A stretch of 64,000 bases of DNA from Eledone cirrhosa (GCA_964016885.1 OZ024742.1:304792001-304856000), one strand, 5' to 3'. Shown: positions 41,131-58,222, counted from the first letter of the stretch. Numbers and translations: made by a program. Notes: a model not told the origin generated them from the sequence alone.

Positions 41131-42065
41131 GGCGGTGGATTGGCAGTATCGGTAGAGGGTCGGCGCCTGCTTTGCACCATAAAGTTACGCCTCTTTACGG
41201 TCTGAGTTCAAATCCCGCCGAGGTTAACTTTGCCTTTCATCCTTACGGGGTCGATAAAATAAAGCACCAGTAATACACTCAGTTTATTGCTGGCCTTGTT
41301 CCAAAAGTAGAAACAATTGTTATTGCAGTATCAGTAGAAGGTCGGATGTCATGCTTTGCAGCATAGAGTTACGGCCCTTTGTGATCTGCGTTCAAATCCC
41401 GCCGATGTTAACTTTCCCTTTCATCATTACTGGGTCGATAAAATAAAGTACCAGTTACGCACTGGGGACGATTTAATCGATTTTCCCTCCCCCAAAATTG
41501 CTGGCTTTTGCCTATATAAGAAACCATTATTATTATAGTTGGTGGATTGGCAGTATCAGTAGAGGGTCGGACGCCATGCTTTGACGCATAGAGTTACGGC
41601 CCTTGCCATTCTGAGTTCAAATCCCGCCAAGGTTAACTTTGCCTTTCATCCTTACGGGGTCGATAAAGTAAAGTACCAGTAATGAACTGGGTATTTGCTG
41701 GCCTTGTGCCAAATGTAGAAACAATTATTATAGTTGGTGGATTGGCAGTATCAGTAGAGAGTCGGGCGCCATGCTTTCCAGCATAGTTAAATCACTTTAC
41801 GGTTTGAGTTCAAATCCCGCCGAGGTTTACTTTGCCTTTCATCCTTACGGGGTCGATAAAATAAAGTACCAGTAATGCACTGTGTAATTGCTGGCCTTGT
41901 GCCTAAAGTAGAAACAATTATTATAGTTACGGCCCTTGCCATTCTGAGTTCAAATCCCGCCGAGGTTAACTTTGCCTTTCATCCTTACGGGGTCGATAAA
42001 ATAAAGTACCAGTAATACACTGGGTATTTGCTGGCCTTGTGCCAAAAGTAGAAACAATTATTATT
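41131..42065 (+). mobile_element. Head-to-tail cluster of five SINE copies
   Basis: Copies at ~41131-41323, 41325-41535, 41541-41730, 41735-41922 and 41925-42065 (5'-truncated), each ending in (ATT)n. Confidence 0.92.
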
Positions 42066-43247
42066 AGTAGTAGTAATAGTTGTAGTAGTTGTAGTAGTAA
42101 TAGCATATACATGCACACTGTGTGTTTGTATGTGCAAGTGTGTGTGTATGTGAGAGTGTGTATAAGAAGGAAAGGGGAGATTCTAGTTTAATCGTGGAAA
42201 AGATGTGATTTTTTCAGGGATCTGAAGCAGTTAAAACAGTTTCAGTTCATGTAAAAGGGAGTACACTAATGTGTGTATGCTTCTTTTCTTTTGTGCTGTT
42301 TTTCGCTGCATGACTGTATATGTTCAATAGCGAATGAATAAGGAAATAACCCTATCTCTGTCTCTTGTGATCGCAGATTAACAGGAAGGATTCTGAAAAT
42401 ATCTTAAACCTGAACGGTGTTTATATCCACAAAACTAGCAAACCTTTACGCATAGTAAAAACTCAACCAATTATGGTCGCTTATCAAAGATCGTTTCAAC
42501 TCTTTGAACCCATATTTCCCCTTGGCTATTAATCCCTTTGAACGTAGGCAGCAGCCAATGGTGTTGTGGATTTCAAAAGAATGAGATAGGGCTGGAAGTA
42601 GAAAGAAGCATATGAGAATATTCGATTGGTTGGAACAACGAAATATTGATCACTGATACTAGATGTATAGCACAGTGAAATAAAATGAAATAAATGAATA
42701 AATAGATAGATAAATAAATAAATAAATAACAACATGCAGATAAGGTGCTCCGGGAATATATAACATCAAACAGATATTTGGAAGGACGAGACACAACACA
42801 ATATTATCCATATCAAATAGCTGATATCAGAATTACAGTTAGATTATACTGTGTTTAAAAAAAAGTCGATAGGAGAGAATAAATAGCGAGAGAAAGAATG
42901 AGAGAGAGAGGGGGAGACAGAGAGAGGGAGAGAGAGAGAGAGAGTAGGTGTGAAAAAGAGACGGTTAATGAGTATGAGAAAAAGAAAGGAAGAGAGAAAG
43001 AGGGAGAGTGTGTGTGTGAGTGAGATAAGGAAAATATAAAGTATAGTTGTTAAAAGTAAAAATGTCAACAAAAAGTGTTACCTATATTCCTGTTATATCA
43101 GAGTGGGATTATATGATTATTCTACTATTGAAATAGTTGCATTATAGACCTATATACTGACTCTGTGAATCATTATAATTGTGTGCATAACAACAATAAA
43201 AGTAGGTGCATATGTACACACAGCCACATATATACACACACAGATAT

Positions 43248-43403
<156 letters not shown>

Positions 43404-44112
43404 GAGAGAGAGGTGCGGGTACAATGTTTTATAAAATAATGTACCTTGCTTACTCTATCTTATCGCTTATATGCTACATGTAGACGTTCCTTTTGTATTT
43501 TCTTTACCCATAATACTATAATTTACATATCAGTTTTATTACTGATTTATCTTTCGTTACTTTATCTTCTGATCCTTCACATGCTCATGACCATACATTT
43601 TTGATCTTCACCATCTGAAGTTCAGTAATCGCCTTAGAAACACTTTTTCTAATCTCTTATGAACTTTCGATGGCGTCAATAAGACACATCACCCCCATTA
43701 CGTATTCACATACACACGAACATTTCTGTTGATATTACGCTATTTCCATATATTTAAAATTGTTTTACGATGTTATTGTATATTAACGTTGAAAGGGTTT
43801 CGGTTTTGTTTTCTTTTTTTATTTCATACTTTTAATATTGAATAGATATAAAGGAATCATTTTGTTATTATATTTAAAGATCTTCATTCTATCTAAACTC
43901 ACCCCTATCTATGATTTAATATTACAACTTTATACCTTAATTTAAAATATATAAATATTTTAAATATTATACTATTTTAGAAAAATCCAATATTAAAACA
44001 TACGCGCGCACATACACACACACACAATATATGTATATATATATATATAACATACATATAAATATATAGACATATATACATATATACATATATATATACA
44101 TACATATATACA

Positions 44113-44158
<46 letters not shown>

Positions 44159-44590
44159 TACGATGTTAACGGGACTGGCATAAGGGAAACCTTATATTGT
44201 ATATATGAATACGCGCATTCATAACCACACATATTCAGGCACGCACACACACACTTGCATATCTATATATTGCGTTTACCGGTTTCAATCATTATAGGCG
44301 GACCAAACTGGCGCTCCTCTCTCAATAGGTTAGTTGTTCATATAAAATTAATACTTATTTATTCATTATTCATATGTACAGACACTCCCAAACACACACC
44401 ACTCCCTGAAAAAAACAGAGTCTTTCTTTAAATACATTTTTATGTACAGACTGATTGCCCAAATTTGGACTTAAACACCCCCACGCCCCTGCACCCAGAT
44501 AACGTCAGCTATATTCGTCGACAGAACACCGGTGATTCATTTGGGTTCAAGTTGTTGAAACGGCAGGGTCAGCCGCCAGGGTCCCGAAAT

Positions 44591-45397
<807 letters not shown>

Positions 45398-45842
45398 GGC
45401 GCGCGCACACGTGTGTGTGAAAAGTTTAATTCTAAGTGTCTTGCCTCGTGCTATCACGCTAAATCTTTGTCTTCGTTACAATAGTAGTCTCTTTGCAGCA
45501 ATAGTCTTTTTACCAGAAAGGCCAGTATCTTGCTAACATGTATCATAAAATCTAGCAAAAATGTGTGTTGCAACTAACATATTCTCACTTTCCAGCATCT
45601 GTGGATCAACTGATAATTGTTTGTGCTGGTGTTATCTCATTTCCGTACGCAATACATCGCTCTCTCCCACTTTCTCCTTTTCTTGCTCCCCCTCTCTCCC
45701 ATGTATGTGTGTGTTTGTATGTGTATGTGCATCTGGATATGTTTATAATGCTCTTGCACACACACACACACACATACCATATGTAGGTTCTACCAACTCA
45801 ATAAGTTGGTAGAATATAGGTATCTTTATACATAGGAATGAC

Positions 45843-45939
45843 TTCTACAGGACTATAACTGTTTCATTCATATGATTTCATCAGGAATAGAAATTCGAGA
45901 TGATTTCACACGAGGGAAACATATATATTCCTGTAGAAA

Positions 45940-45940
<1 letters not shown>
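45843..45940 (-). ncRNA. Family A hammerhead (minus strand, 45843-45887) with a degenerate inverted partner
   Basis: Minus strand TTC-CTGATGA-AATCATATGAAT-GAAA-CAG-ttatagtc-CTG-TA-GAA. Confidence 0.6.
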
Positions 45941-46014
<74 letters not shown>

Positions 46015-46035
46015 TATAGATAGATATATATATAT

Positions 46036-46286
46036 AAGCAGAAGGGATATTTAATTTTTTGGTAATTCAACAATTATAAATGTTTATAACTGATTTAGAC
46101 CACTCGACAGTTTTTCTAAGGAAAATTCAACTGATAAGGTATGTTCCTTGGCTATGTCAAAATTTATAAAACACACTCTATATTTTATCTGATGAAAGCG
46201 TACCAAAGCTTTTGATACCCTTGAAATATATATAATAGAATAAATATTGTTTTATAAATATAGTTTCTATTTATTTAATATGATTG
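46036..46286 (+). mobile_element. Family C cassette: inverted tail plus HHR arm (HHR at 46181-46242)
   Basis: TATTTTAT-CTGATGA-AAGCGTACCAAAGCTTTTGATACCCTT-GAAA-TATATA-TA-ATAGAATA; (TA)n on both sides. Confidence 0.85.
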
Positions 46287-46464
46287 TATATATATATATA
46301 GTATTAATTATACTATTGATGGTTATGTAAATACAAAAACCTTATGCAGTTATATGTATTTTTTATATAAACCCTAAATCGTGGTATGCAGTAATGTATT
46401 ACTACCTTATTACCAGTAAGTTAATTAGCTCAATCTAAAAACATCAGATGATTTACAGAGCAGT

Positions 46465-46936
<472 letters not shown>

Positions 46937-49390
46937 GTATATATATATATATCCTGTTATCAATCAGTGCAATAAATATGGTTGTGGGATTTTAGGTTGT
47001 GATGTTTATATATTTCACAAGGTGCATCAAGAGGCAGGAGCGAAGTGAACTAATAATATACATAGCCTGACATTTAATGATATTCGAAGTTATTTGGATA
47101 ACGGATTTAACAAAATCCACACTTTATTGAGAACGATTTATTGAAGTATATTGAACTATGATGAAATTATGAACACTTTTCTTGTGTAAGTTATTGGTAT
47201 ATCGGGCCCTATGCAATGTGTTGATAATGTTTGATTTCTACATGTGACACTACTGCTTTCAATCTTTATTAAATAACCCTCGTCGTTCATTTTTTGTTCT
47301 CTTGCTGCTGCTTCTCTCCCTTTATTTAATATCGGATCTTCTTGAAGCTTCATTAGAACTTCAGTTATATTTATTTGCTGATTTTTCACTTTTAAATATG
47401 ATTTTCCTTTCTCTATTTTTTTCTTTATTCTTGTGTTATTCTTTAGAATTGTTTTGCAACTAACATAATATTAAATGAATAAATGGATTTTGTGCAAGGC
47501 ACCCTATTTTATTGACTTATTTTATTAAATTTTTTTTTCGTGAATATTTCTTTTATTACTTTTTATTTTTTATTTTTCAAGTGCATTGTATTGGAGAGAG
47601 CTTTAATTTCGTATAAAATTGAACGATATTCAGTTTGGGCAACATTCGTACGTGCAAAATGGGGGAGGCAAGAAAGGGAAAAAACACTATAAATTACATT
47701 AAATTGTGTTATCAAAGCCTTAATGTTAGTATTATTCTAGTTGTCTTTTATGGGTAGATTTTTGAATATAGTTTGCGCGGAATCTAATTAGATATAATTC
47801 TCACTATGTTTTAATGCTATGTTGTCTGATAATTTTCTTGAGAAATGTTTCATTATTTCCATTCTCCCTTCTTCCCTCCAAACAATACCTCCGACACGAA
47901 AGATTCATTAATGAGCTTTTACTCCTACACTCCTTCATTTTCACCCTCTCACTATCCCTACCCTTCTTTCACAATTCCCCCTACTCATTACACCGTTTCA
48001 CTTTTATACACTATTTTTCTTCCACTCGTTATTTTCTGTTTATCGCTCTCATTCTATCTTATGGCGGTATTTAGGAATTCCAGCTAGCTATGCCCCCACT
48101 CCACTTCATACCATATTTAGTTCTTCTAAATATATAGGACCTTACATACATCAAGGAATATGTATACACCATTAACCCCTTTAAGACCGAAGGGTGGAGA
48201 ATATTTTTATAACAAAACTAAGCTTTTATATCCCCAATACTCTCAAGTTAATTCTCAGTTTAGACATGAAGTTAGTTAATCGATTGTGTACGAAGCTTAC
48301 ATGACGCCTCGTCATTTGTATGCATAATACAGACGCGTGCAAAATGCGAGAATCAAACGCTAACATTCAACTCACATACAGCACGTGCTTAACTGGTCCA
48401 ATTGGCCAGAATACGAACATATACGGCAAGGCTTAAAGGCAGATTGAGCTGATATCATTCACAGATGGAAGTAAGAATGGAAAGAGGCAATAGAGAAAGA
48501 AACAGAAAAAGTAAGAGAAAGAAATGATAGAACATAGCAACATGAGGAAGGTAGAAAAAGGTGCTAGGAGAGAAAATAAAGAATGAATTGCATCATAATT
48601 CTAAAACTGAAACACAATGTAAATGAATCGGTGAATCGTAGAAAATTCTTTCTTCGTTATTATATTCCATCCTGTCTTAAATGTAGAAACAATTATTATA
48701 TCCTATATTCTCATTCCATTCATATTCACTCCTTCAAAGTTTTGTATTTGCTACTATGCAAGTAAACGTTGGCCTACACAAATCACTCACACACACACGC
48801 ACGCACACACACACGCACATGCACATACACACACACACACATTAACACACTTATACACACATCAACATACATACAAATACACAAGCACACACTACTATAC
48901 TTGCGCACAATGACAATCATACACCAATTCATGTGCTTATAAGCATTCATTTATCGGTTTTCGTCATTAGACTGTGACCATGCTGGGGCACTTTCAGTGA
49001 GTTTAGTCAACCACATCGACTCAAGTGTTTATTACAGTCTAGCAATTTGGGATTCAACATATATCGATGAAATTTTTGCATAACATGAGATAACTGGAGA
49101 AACTGGTTGATATAGTCGCTCACTCACTCATTCCAAGAAATAAACCTATGGCTCTATGATTTAAAAATAAATAGAACTAAAAGTAAAACAACCATTCACA
49201 GCGGACAAGATTCGAAACAAAGAAAACATAAATTGTCGAGGCTCTTTACCAGTTGACCCTGGGTCGATCTGTGAGTTTTGGAAATGTAGAGTATCGCTTC
49301 CATACATGAGTGTCTCAGTAATTAACTACTTACAAAACGATTTAAATCCCTTCTGTTTAAATGGGTGATTCGACTGTACTACCCCTAATA

Positions 49391-49466
<76 letters not shown>

Positions 49467-52029
49467 AGAGAGCTAGATTTATGCTCATTTCTGTGCATAC
49501 AATAATACATTTATGCACATATTCATATAACGTGTGCGCTTATGTGTGTGATGGTAGTATTCTATACATTCGACAGATCTACACGTGTTCTATAAGCTAA
49601 ATCCAATTAGTCATTTATGATTTTCTGTGTATACATCTATATTTTTTACATATGTCTATGTGATTTAATTGGGTATTTTCCTATGTCTGTGAGTGTGAAT
49701 GTGTATTTGTATCCTATTGAAGTGTTTTGCTTTTCGAGTCAATATTTGTTTGACTGTAATGTTGCCTTTATACATATAAGACAATCTGGTTGTATATTTC
49801 GTTTCCATATATCTGAGTATGTATGAATCGTTGTTTCCTTTGTATATTTTTAATGAAATGTGTGTGTTTAAACGTGTAATTCTTTGTGAATGTGTCCGTG
49901 TACTATTATTATATAATAATAGAAATTATATATTTATATTATGCGTTGTCTAGAATTTTCTATAGATGTTTGGATGTGTATATCTATACATATGTATATG
50001 GGCGTATGATGAATCCGTGGGGGTGTATGTGCAAATATTAGTGTGTAAAGTTCTTCGTCTGTATACATATATTTAGAGAGGATCGTTTCTATGCATGTGT
50101 GTGTGTGTTTGTATAAGCTTACGAGTGTGCGTGTACATTTTCCGTAATGGTGAATGTATATGTTAGTTTTGAATGCAAAATTTATTTCAGCACATAGCTT
50201 GTCGCTTTAATCAAGCCGTGTTGTCGGCCTTACATTGTTCAAAACGTTTCTTACAAAGTAGTACAGCAAATTAGAAAAGCGAAAGAAAAAAAATGCAAAA
50301 GCAGTACCTCGTCATCTCTAATGAACTAGAAACTGTCACGCTATATCCGCCCTCTGTCGCTGAATGCTTTGGTGATGGTTGTCTACAAATTGGCTGGCTG
50401 GCTGATTGCCTTTACTATATGGGAAGCTGGCTGTCTGGCTGGTTGGTTAGATAGTTTATTAGCTGACTGGCAGATTGGTGGGCCGGTGAGTTGCATGGGC
50501 CGTTATATGCGCAGTTGTTTTGATATAGGTGTTATGATGACTGATTGACTTCGTATATGCTGGTTGTCTAGATAGCTTACACTTTGTTATTGTTGCTATT
50601 TAATCAATGTAAGCTCTGAATATACGGTCCTCTGATGAAAGTGATTGGCGTATTGGCATTTTCCTCTTTATATCATGCAGCGTAGCAAAGTCAATGTTTT
50701 TCAATGTATCTTTCCTTTTTTAAAATGGGCAGCTTCTTTCATTAGAAATATCATAGTATTGAAAGGGTTAATACGTTCTCTGGATCAGCATTTGGATATT
50801 CAGATAGATATATGCAAAAATAGTTTAAAACGCAGGAAGAAGGTACACGATTGCTAGATTAACTGTTTGATTAAGTCGTTTGCAGATTTGGATGGATAAA
50901 GAGGGTGTAGATAAAAAAAGGTTTGTTTACCTCTGTGGGTCCTGTTCTTCCTGGCTCAGTATTTAACCAGGAATTGTATGCTATTGTGATGTGTTGTGAG
51001 ATGATTGGGGAATCGTTTAGGTGATCGGGTTATCGATTTGTGGTTTAGTGATTTGATGGTTAAATTGTTAGCTACCTGTTTGCTTAGGAAGACAGAGGTG
51101 ATAATTTCGGATTCAATAACGTAACACTGTATTTGAGCATGTGCAATTCAATGCATATATGTACACATATCTGTGCCTACAGTAATTTGCGAGTGACAGT
51201 TAATATTTGTGTGAGTATGAATAAGCATGTGTGCACTCGCACATGTGTGACTTTAATAACACGACCAAATCTATCCAAACTTGACTTTCATTCGAATTAC
51301 TTTATTACACGGTTCTAAATTTAATATTTCCCCCTCCATCTTCAGCCTAGGCTCCCTTTCTTCATCACGGTTCACACTTATCAACATTTCATGTCCTCCT
51401 GTATTTAATTTTCAAATAATTATCCCATTACTTCAGGGACCAGACTTTGCCTATACACACATCCTTGCAACCTTTGCCTCGCTATATTCTATGTGTTTAA
51501 ACATTCATTCCCTTTCTTTGATTGATATGTTTCTGTCTTAGAGAACATGATACATCAATCAATTTACGCTTTCTTTTCTATAAGTCTTTAATAACACTGT
51601 GTTAGCTTGGTTAACCAATATCTTGCTGTCAGGGTGTCTCACTGCGTCCCACACCACAACCTGTCCAATACTAGACTAGTTTGTTTTTTACATTTTATAT
51701 TGCATTTTCTTATATTTTATATTGAGAACACTTCTTTTTTATCATATTCTAGATCTATATTTCGTGCCATTAGATTTTTCCAACTCTCCGCTCATGTATG
51801 TTTAATATAATCCATCTTGGCCGCTGATCGACGTACAAATAGTTGGAGTAATAAAACAATATTAACATTTCGTTACCTATTCATAACAATTTTACTTGAT
51901 GAGATATGACTGATAACTTCTTTGTTTTCATGAAATATGTCACGAAAATTGCATTCATTTATTCAAGTAAAGAGTTTAAGTCAGCACATTCAGTTCTCTA
52001 CAGTTGCAAACTCTGTAGCTAACTATGGT

Positions 52030-52130
52030 TCGGGTTCGATAAAATAAAGTACCAGTAAAGTAAAAGGGTTGATGTAATCGACTTTCCTTTCCCCTTAAAT
52101 ACTTGTTTTCTGCCTAAATTAGAAATCTTT
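52030..52130 (+). mobile_element. Diverged SINE 3' half
   Basis: TCGATAAAATAAAGTACCAGTAAAG...GATGTAATCGACTT...TGCCTAAATTAGAAA. Confidence 0.65.
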
Positions 52131-52709
52131 TTAGTACAGATACTTCATGATACATAAGGCGAAAGAATGATACCCATTGTAACTTTAGTCTTCAACTAAA
52201 TGTTGAATATCTCATCTTCAGTAGTGTTTAGAATATTTATTTGTCTGTCTGTAGGTTGTTTCCTGTCTTATAAATCATAATCTGCTCCTGTTTCTATATT
52301 CTTTTTTCTTTCATTACATTGTCCTTGTCTGGCGATCTACTCCCCTCTCTCGCTTAATTGTATTTTTCTCTTACACTCCTTCTCATTTCATATATTTTGT
52401 ATTATATTTTTCTCCTCTAAATTATTCATTTCCTCAATTCAATCTCTTTCGAATTCTCTCCATCATTGATCTTTGTTTTTCCTGTTAGTTATCCTCATGA
52501 TGTCTGCATTTTATTGCAACATCAATTCTGATTAAAGTAATACATCCTCTCGTTGTGCACAAATTCTATCTTGTTTTGAAATTCTAGCCTATCACACCGT
52601 CTTTGTCTTTCTATTATGTTATTGTCTTTTTACTCACATATTCATTTGACTTGCTTTGAATCTTTCTTCTAATTCCTAGAGTAGCCCATGTCTAGACTCT
52701 TATTAACAT

Positions 52710-52990
52710 ATGATTATTTCTCCGACTCTAACCTTGTCGTTAACGGGCACTGACACCCGCAAAGCGGAGAGCAGGAATATACCCAAATACTGGTATTTCA
52801 CCGAACGGTCGCCGTCGAGATCTTTGGTATCCTCAGTCCTCTGGCTGTAGAATTTTTCCGCAAAATTGGGAGGAGTTCGTTCCGCCAGAGGAAGGAGTCT
52901 TGTACGGTTGAGTGGCTGTTGTAGCGAGTGTCACCTGCAGCTTTTAGCGGCGATATTTTCATCATCTTGTACTCGGAGCGCAGCTGATAT
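52710..52990 (+). pseudogene. CRE-clade non-LTR retrotransposon 3' end (restriction-like endonuclease C-terminus)
   Basis: AESRNIPKY /frameshift/ VAVEIFGILSPLAVEFFRKIGRSSFRQRKESCTVEWLL*RVSPAAFSGDIFIIL matches CRE AE.RK..KY...PVAVET.G..G..A..FL..IG.R......E.RE..WL.QRLS.A..RGNA..IL. Confidence 0.75.
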
Positions 52991-54676
52991 ACACCACCTA
53001 GACTGCGATGTAAAGTTTGCAGCTCACTCTCACTGTCGCTTTCCCCCGCTACTAATGTTTTTTTTTTTTCTTTTTGTCATTCTGTATTATTTATTTAGTT
53101 TCAATTTAAATACGAATGATATATTTATAGTAAATCTATGGTGAATAATGTTGAATACCTGGTAAAATTTTACAAAAATATTTTGACATTAAATCCCGTT
53201 TGAAAAATTATTTCCGTTTAACGATGCTACTCAGTATTAGTGAGTTACGATAAAATACAACTAATCAACCACTAAATACATTTAATTATTTATAATGTCT
53301 AGCATAACAGGGAATGTAATGAGTGTCATATAATCTTTGTAGTCACTTCATAAAATGTTACAGATCGACAGAATATGTACCTTAAAACTGACAATACAAA
53401 CAAACACTCGAAATCAATGATGAGTCACGCCTATGCATATATATAAATAACAAGTTACTGTTGTGATCACTTCTGCCATTATGCACATTCATAAATACTA
53501 ATGATAAGATTAAGAAGAATAAATGACTCAAATTGAAAATTTCCCATCCATTCTTTACAAACATTCGCAACCAGGTATAATAATGTTATCTCTGGACATT
53601 GATAATATTATTTCATTCGCTTGTCGTGGGAAAAGAGCAAAATGCCCTAATTCTTGTGTTGATATATTTATATATCTATTTACCTCAGTGTGTTCACTGA
53701 ACATTTTATTTTGTTTTATATACTACGGCCACTGGCAGAGCTCAATTTCCTCCACAATAATCTCCTCGTACTAACCTAATCACACGCTAATATCTGCCGT
53801 TTATTTTTTATACTGATACTCAACCGATATCTTGTTCTCTTAAAGAAGCCATGGGTTGAACATACCCTTTATCTATGACTGTGAGGATCGGGTTCTTATC
53901 TGATACGACAAAATGCTGGGAGTAAATAATTAAAATCAACCAAATATACCGATGGAATTCAATTCTGGTGTTCCGTTATTTTCCCACACGAATAATTTGT
54001 AAAACTTGCAGTTTTTATATGCTCCCTTCCTTGTCTATTGCCATATTCCTTGCTTTCTGCTTTTTTTTCGTTTAGATATTTTTTATTTGATTTTCTTCCT
54101 CTTCATTTCATTATATATAAAGACGGTGTTACATAAGAACATTCTCATTTTAGGCACTTTGAACGAACAGCTAACTATTCAGGGAGCTAGTTTTGGTTTT
54201 GTAATATATTTTGCTACGGTTCTGTTGCTGTTTTTGCTATAACATCTGGACAGCCACAATTCGCAAACTTGTACTTCGGGCTTACCCTGACCTCTCATCT
54301 AAAACGTTTCACCCCTATGATATCTTTCTGACACAGCAAATTAGACAAAAATAGCACCTTTTCTACGAAGCTTTAACCAATATATCCTATATCTAGAACC
54401 CAAGAAACCTTTTAGGTAAACACACCGTTGTATTATTCCAGCCCTCATACATACATTCTCCAGCACTAAACAACTACTTCCTAATTTGAACAAGTATAGG
54501 GAAGAATTAACCCACTTTTATAACTTTCAAACGAACCCTCAATTCTCTCCTCTTCCTTAAGAACTCACTAGTAGAACATCTCAAAGATGTCGGAATGACG
54601 AGCTGTGGAAATAATCCCTCGTAATCAGCAGATGAAAATATTTTTTATTTAACCTAATGGATATATACATATACAC

Positions 54677-54754
<78 letters not shown>

Positions 54755-54799
54755 TTATGTTTGTATATATATAAATACATGTTCGTGTATATATATATG

Positions 54800-54963
<164 letters not shown>

Positions 54964-54980
54964 CATATATATACATATAC

Positions 54981-55130
<150 letters not shown>

Positions 55131-55149
55131 ATATATATATATATACACA

Positions 55150-55625
55150 CAATCAAAGGGCAAAGGGCAAAGGGCAAAGGGCAAAGGAGCTCTTAAGAGT
55201 CAATGGCCATCCAAAATCACCGGGAGAGATGACCCTTTAGCCTTTGTCAAGGCAGAATTCTAGGAGGAAAACTTTGATATAACACCTGCAACCCTGATGG
55301 TATCCAATGATGTTGACTTGTTCTTCTTTTTGGTAAATATCATCTTGGTTAAGAGAGTGGGACTGGCTTTGTGCAGTGCCTTTGCTCACTATAAAAGCTT
55401 CACGGCACAGGCATTGCTTTATATCTGGAGATCTCTCTGCACTTGTCGTTACATGGTACCATGGGCCTAGCACTATGTGTCAATATTTGTCACAAGTGTA
55501 GTGTTTGTACCAGAGTTTTCAAGTCGCTGGCTGGACTAAAAAGTCACACTCGTTCAGCGCATCGGTAGGGGTTCTCCTACATGGATGTAAAGTAGTGGCC
55601 GTACTCGAAAACGAGTTGGCAGCCA

Positions 55626-55628
<3 letters not shown>
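55150..55628 (+). pseudogene. RTE (BovB-like) LINE 3' end with C-terminal C2H2 zinc finger, (TA)n-flanked
   Basis: [23 protein letters not shown] at 55497-55568. A 3'UTR hairpin ACTCG-AAAA-CGAGT (55603-55616) precedes (TA)n. Confidence 0.75.
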
Positions 55629-55673
<45 letters not shown>

Positions 55674-55732
55674 GTATATATATATGTATATTTATATGTA
55701 TATATACATGTATATATGTATATATGTATATA

Positions 55733-55884
<152 letters not shown>

Positions 55885-56531
55885 TATAACAATTTTCATG
55901 TAACCGCAAGTTAGGAAATCATTCCAAGAATCTATCTAACTGCCTTGCATTTTCTCACCTCCACTTACAAAATACTAAGCTATCCTCATCAAAACACCTA
56001 GTTTTTCTTTCACTCGATTCATCGTCACACCATTCTCACTCTCTTTCTCTCACACTCTTTATTTCTTCCTCTTTTCCACTCTTTCTCTCTATTTCTTCCT
56101 TTCCCTTTCTCGGATTCATTTTCCTTCTTTCTCACTCTCTGTTTCGCTCTTCTTCTTTTTCCCTATCCTCTCATTTCCTATTTCTTATACGAAGTCTTAC
56201 TATTCTACACTCAATGTTTTCATTTAGTTTCACTCTCTATTCTCTCTCTTTCCTTTCCTTCTCTTTCAATTCTCCTTCCTTCTTCTCTATATTCCTTTTT
56301 TTTTTCTAATTCAACCTCCTACCACACTGTTATATCTACTCCATTGTCTAACCTCATCACATCTACACTTTACTCGGTAATCTAGATATTTCCTATAATC
56401 TCGTCATAAAAGTGTATGTATGTATGTATGTATGTATGTATGTATGTATGTATGTATGTATGTATGCAATGTATATATGCTTGCATGTATATATGTGTTA
56501 ATATATATATATATATATATATATATAATTG

Positions 56532-56563
<32 letters not shown>

Positions 56564-57143
56564 CATATATATAATTGTATATATATGTAAATATATACAT
56601 ATACACATATATATATACAGAGAGAGCGGGCAAGAGAGAGAGGGAATGAGAGAGAGGGAGAGAGAGAGAGAGATACATATATATACATATATTATTGTGT
56701 GTATATATGTGTATGCATATATCTATCTTTCTTTCCATCTGATTTTGCATCTTCTATTATCTATAACCATCACCATAGCTACACATTAGACTCCATCACA
56801 TTTGTTCAAGCTATCTTAAAAATCTTTCATTACATTTATTAAACTCTCCTCCATCTTCATTTATTCGCTTATTCTAAAGCCTTTCTTCATTTTTTTCTCT
56901 TCTCACTCATTTCAAGGATTTTCTTCATTTCTCTGCTATCCGATTTTCCAGCATCTTCTCATCCAGAGCCTAAGCGTCTGTATCCCAACCGCCTTACTAC
57001 GCAAAGAAATACGTACATACACACATACTCTCACACACATATTCACAATTACACACACATACATTCCCACACACACACACATATATATATATATTTATAT
57101 ATGCATATGTAAGATATATATAGATATATACGTATGTATGTAT

Positions 57144-57215
<72 letters not shown>

Positions 57216-57339
57216 CATGCATGTGTGTGTGTGTGTGTATGTGTGTGTGTGTGTAGAAAGTAAGCAGAAACAGCAAAGCAAAGAACACAGTACAACGGTG
57301 AAACAAATTAGTTTAATGCTTGTTATAGTAGGAAAAGTG

Positions 57340-57374
57340 TCTTTCCGTTTCGGACGCTAACCTTCATCTCAAGA
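57340..57374 (-). ncRNA. Degenerate family B hammerhead (core mutated)
   Basis: Minus strand TCTT-GAGATGA-AGGTTAGCGTCC-GAAA-CG-GA-AAGA; downstream sequence matches the 4710-4790 tail. Confidence 0.45.
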
Positions 57375-57465
57375 TAGAATGAGGAATAAGAGTTGAAATA
57401 GAAAGATAAATATATGAAAGAGAAAGGAACGTAAAAACACGAGAAAAAGTATGTGTTTGTACGTA

Positions 57466-57574
<109 letters not shown>

Positions 57575-57900
57575 TCTTTCTCACACCGCATTCACGGTGT
57601 ACAGTCTGCTTCTCTGACCGCTCATGAAATTCACCCAGCTTATGCTGATCGGATAACTATCATGTGGCTTGCAGTTTTCCCAACCTTCGGTTTGCTTTTC
57701 CTTCTGTTGTTTACTTGTCTCACTCGCTTTACGCGTTTCACTTGTCCCAATAGCTTATTTTAGTTATTGCTCGCACCAACCTGAGGTATCTGATTTTTAA
57801 TGCGATGAAATACCAATGATGGTTGGCAAATCACTGATAAGGGACTAATTTTATATTATGTAATCCATGTGCAACCATGCAGTATTCTTCTCCCCTTGTT

Positions 57901-57949
<49 letters not shown>

Positions 57950-57954
<5 letters not shown>

Positions 57955-58222
57955 ATATTAAATAAATGGAAACTATATTTATAAAACCATATTTATGTTA
58001 TTATATATATTTCAAGGGCAACCAAGACAACATTGGTACGCTTTCATCAGATAAAATACAAAGTTTGTTTTATAAATAGAGACGTATTCATGAAAATCAT
58101 ACCTTATCGGTTGGAAATCCCTATCCACTGAATTTCCAACCGATACTCCAGTTTTTTGTTGAGTGCTTTAAATCAGTTATAAACATTTATGTTTGTCGGA
58201 CTTCCAACAAATTAAATACAAC

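Noticed and set aside
41131-42065. CRISPR-like repeat array or tRNA gene cluster
   Set aside because: Units are ~190-bp SINE copies without spacers; A and B boxes are present but there is no cloverleaf; eukaryotic context.
46960-47389. ORF 47156-47389 and nearby Cys residues as LINE ORF1 or a host exon
   Set aside because: No recognisable motif or splice structure.
48172-48436. TTAA-flanked piggyBac-like MITE
   Set aside because: The terminal inverted repeats match poorly.
52780-52836. Minus-strand CTGAGGA...GAAA-TAC..GTA-TT hammerhead-like motif
   Set aside because: No stem I pairing; it lies antisense within CRE coding sequence and is probably chance.
54100-54620. PLE RT/linker-like peptides (PQFANLYFG; FITFKRTLN...LKNSLV)
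   Set aside because: Short, wrongly spaced matches; unsupported without alignment.
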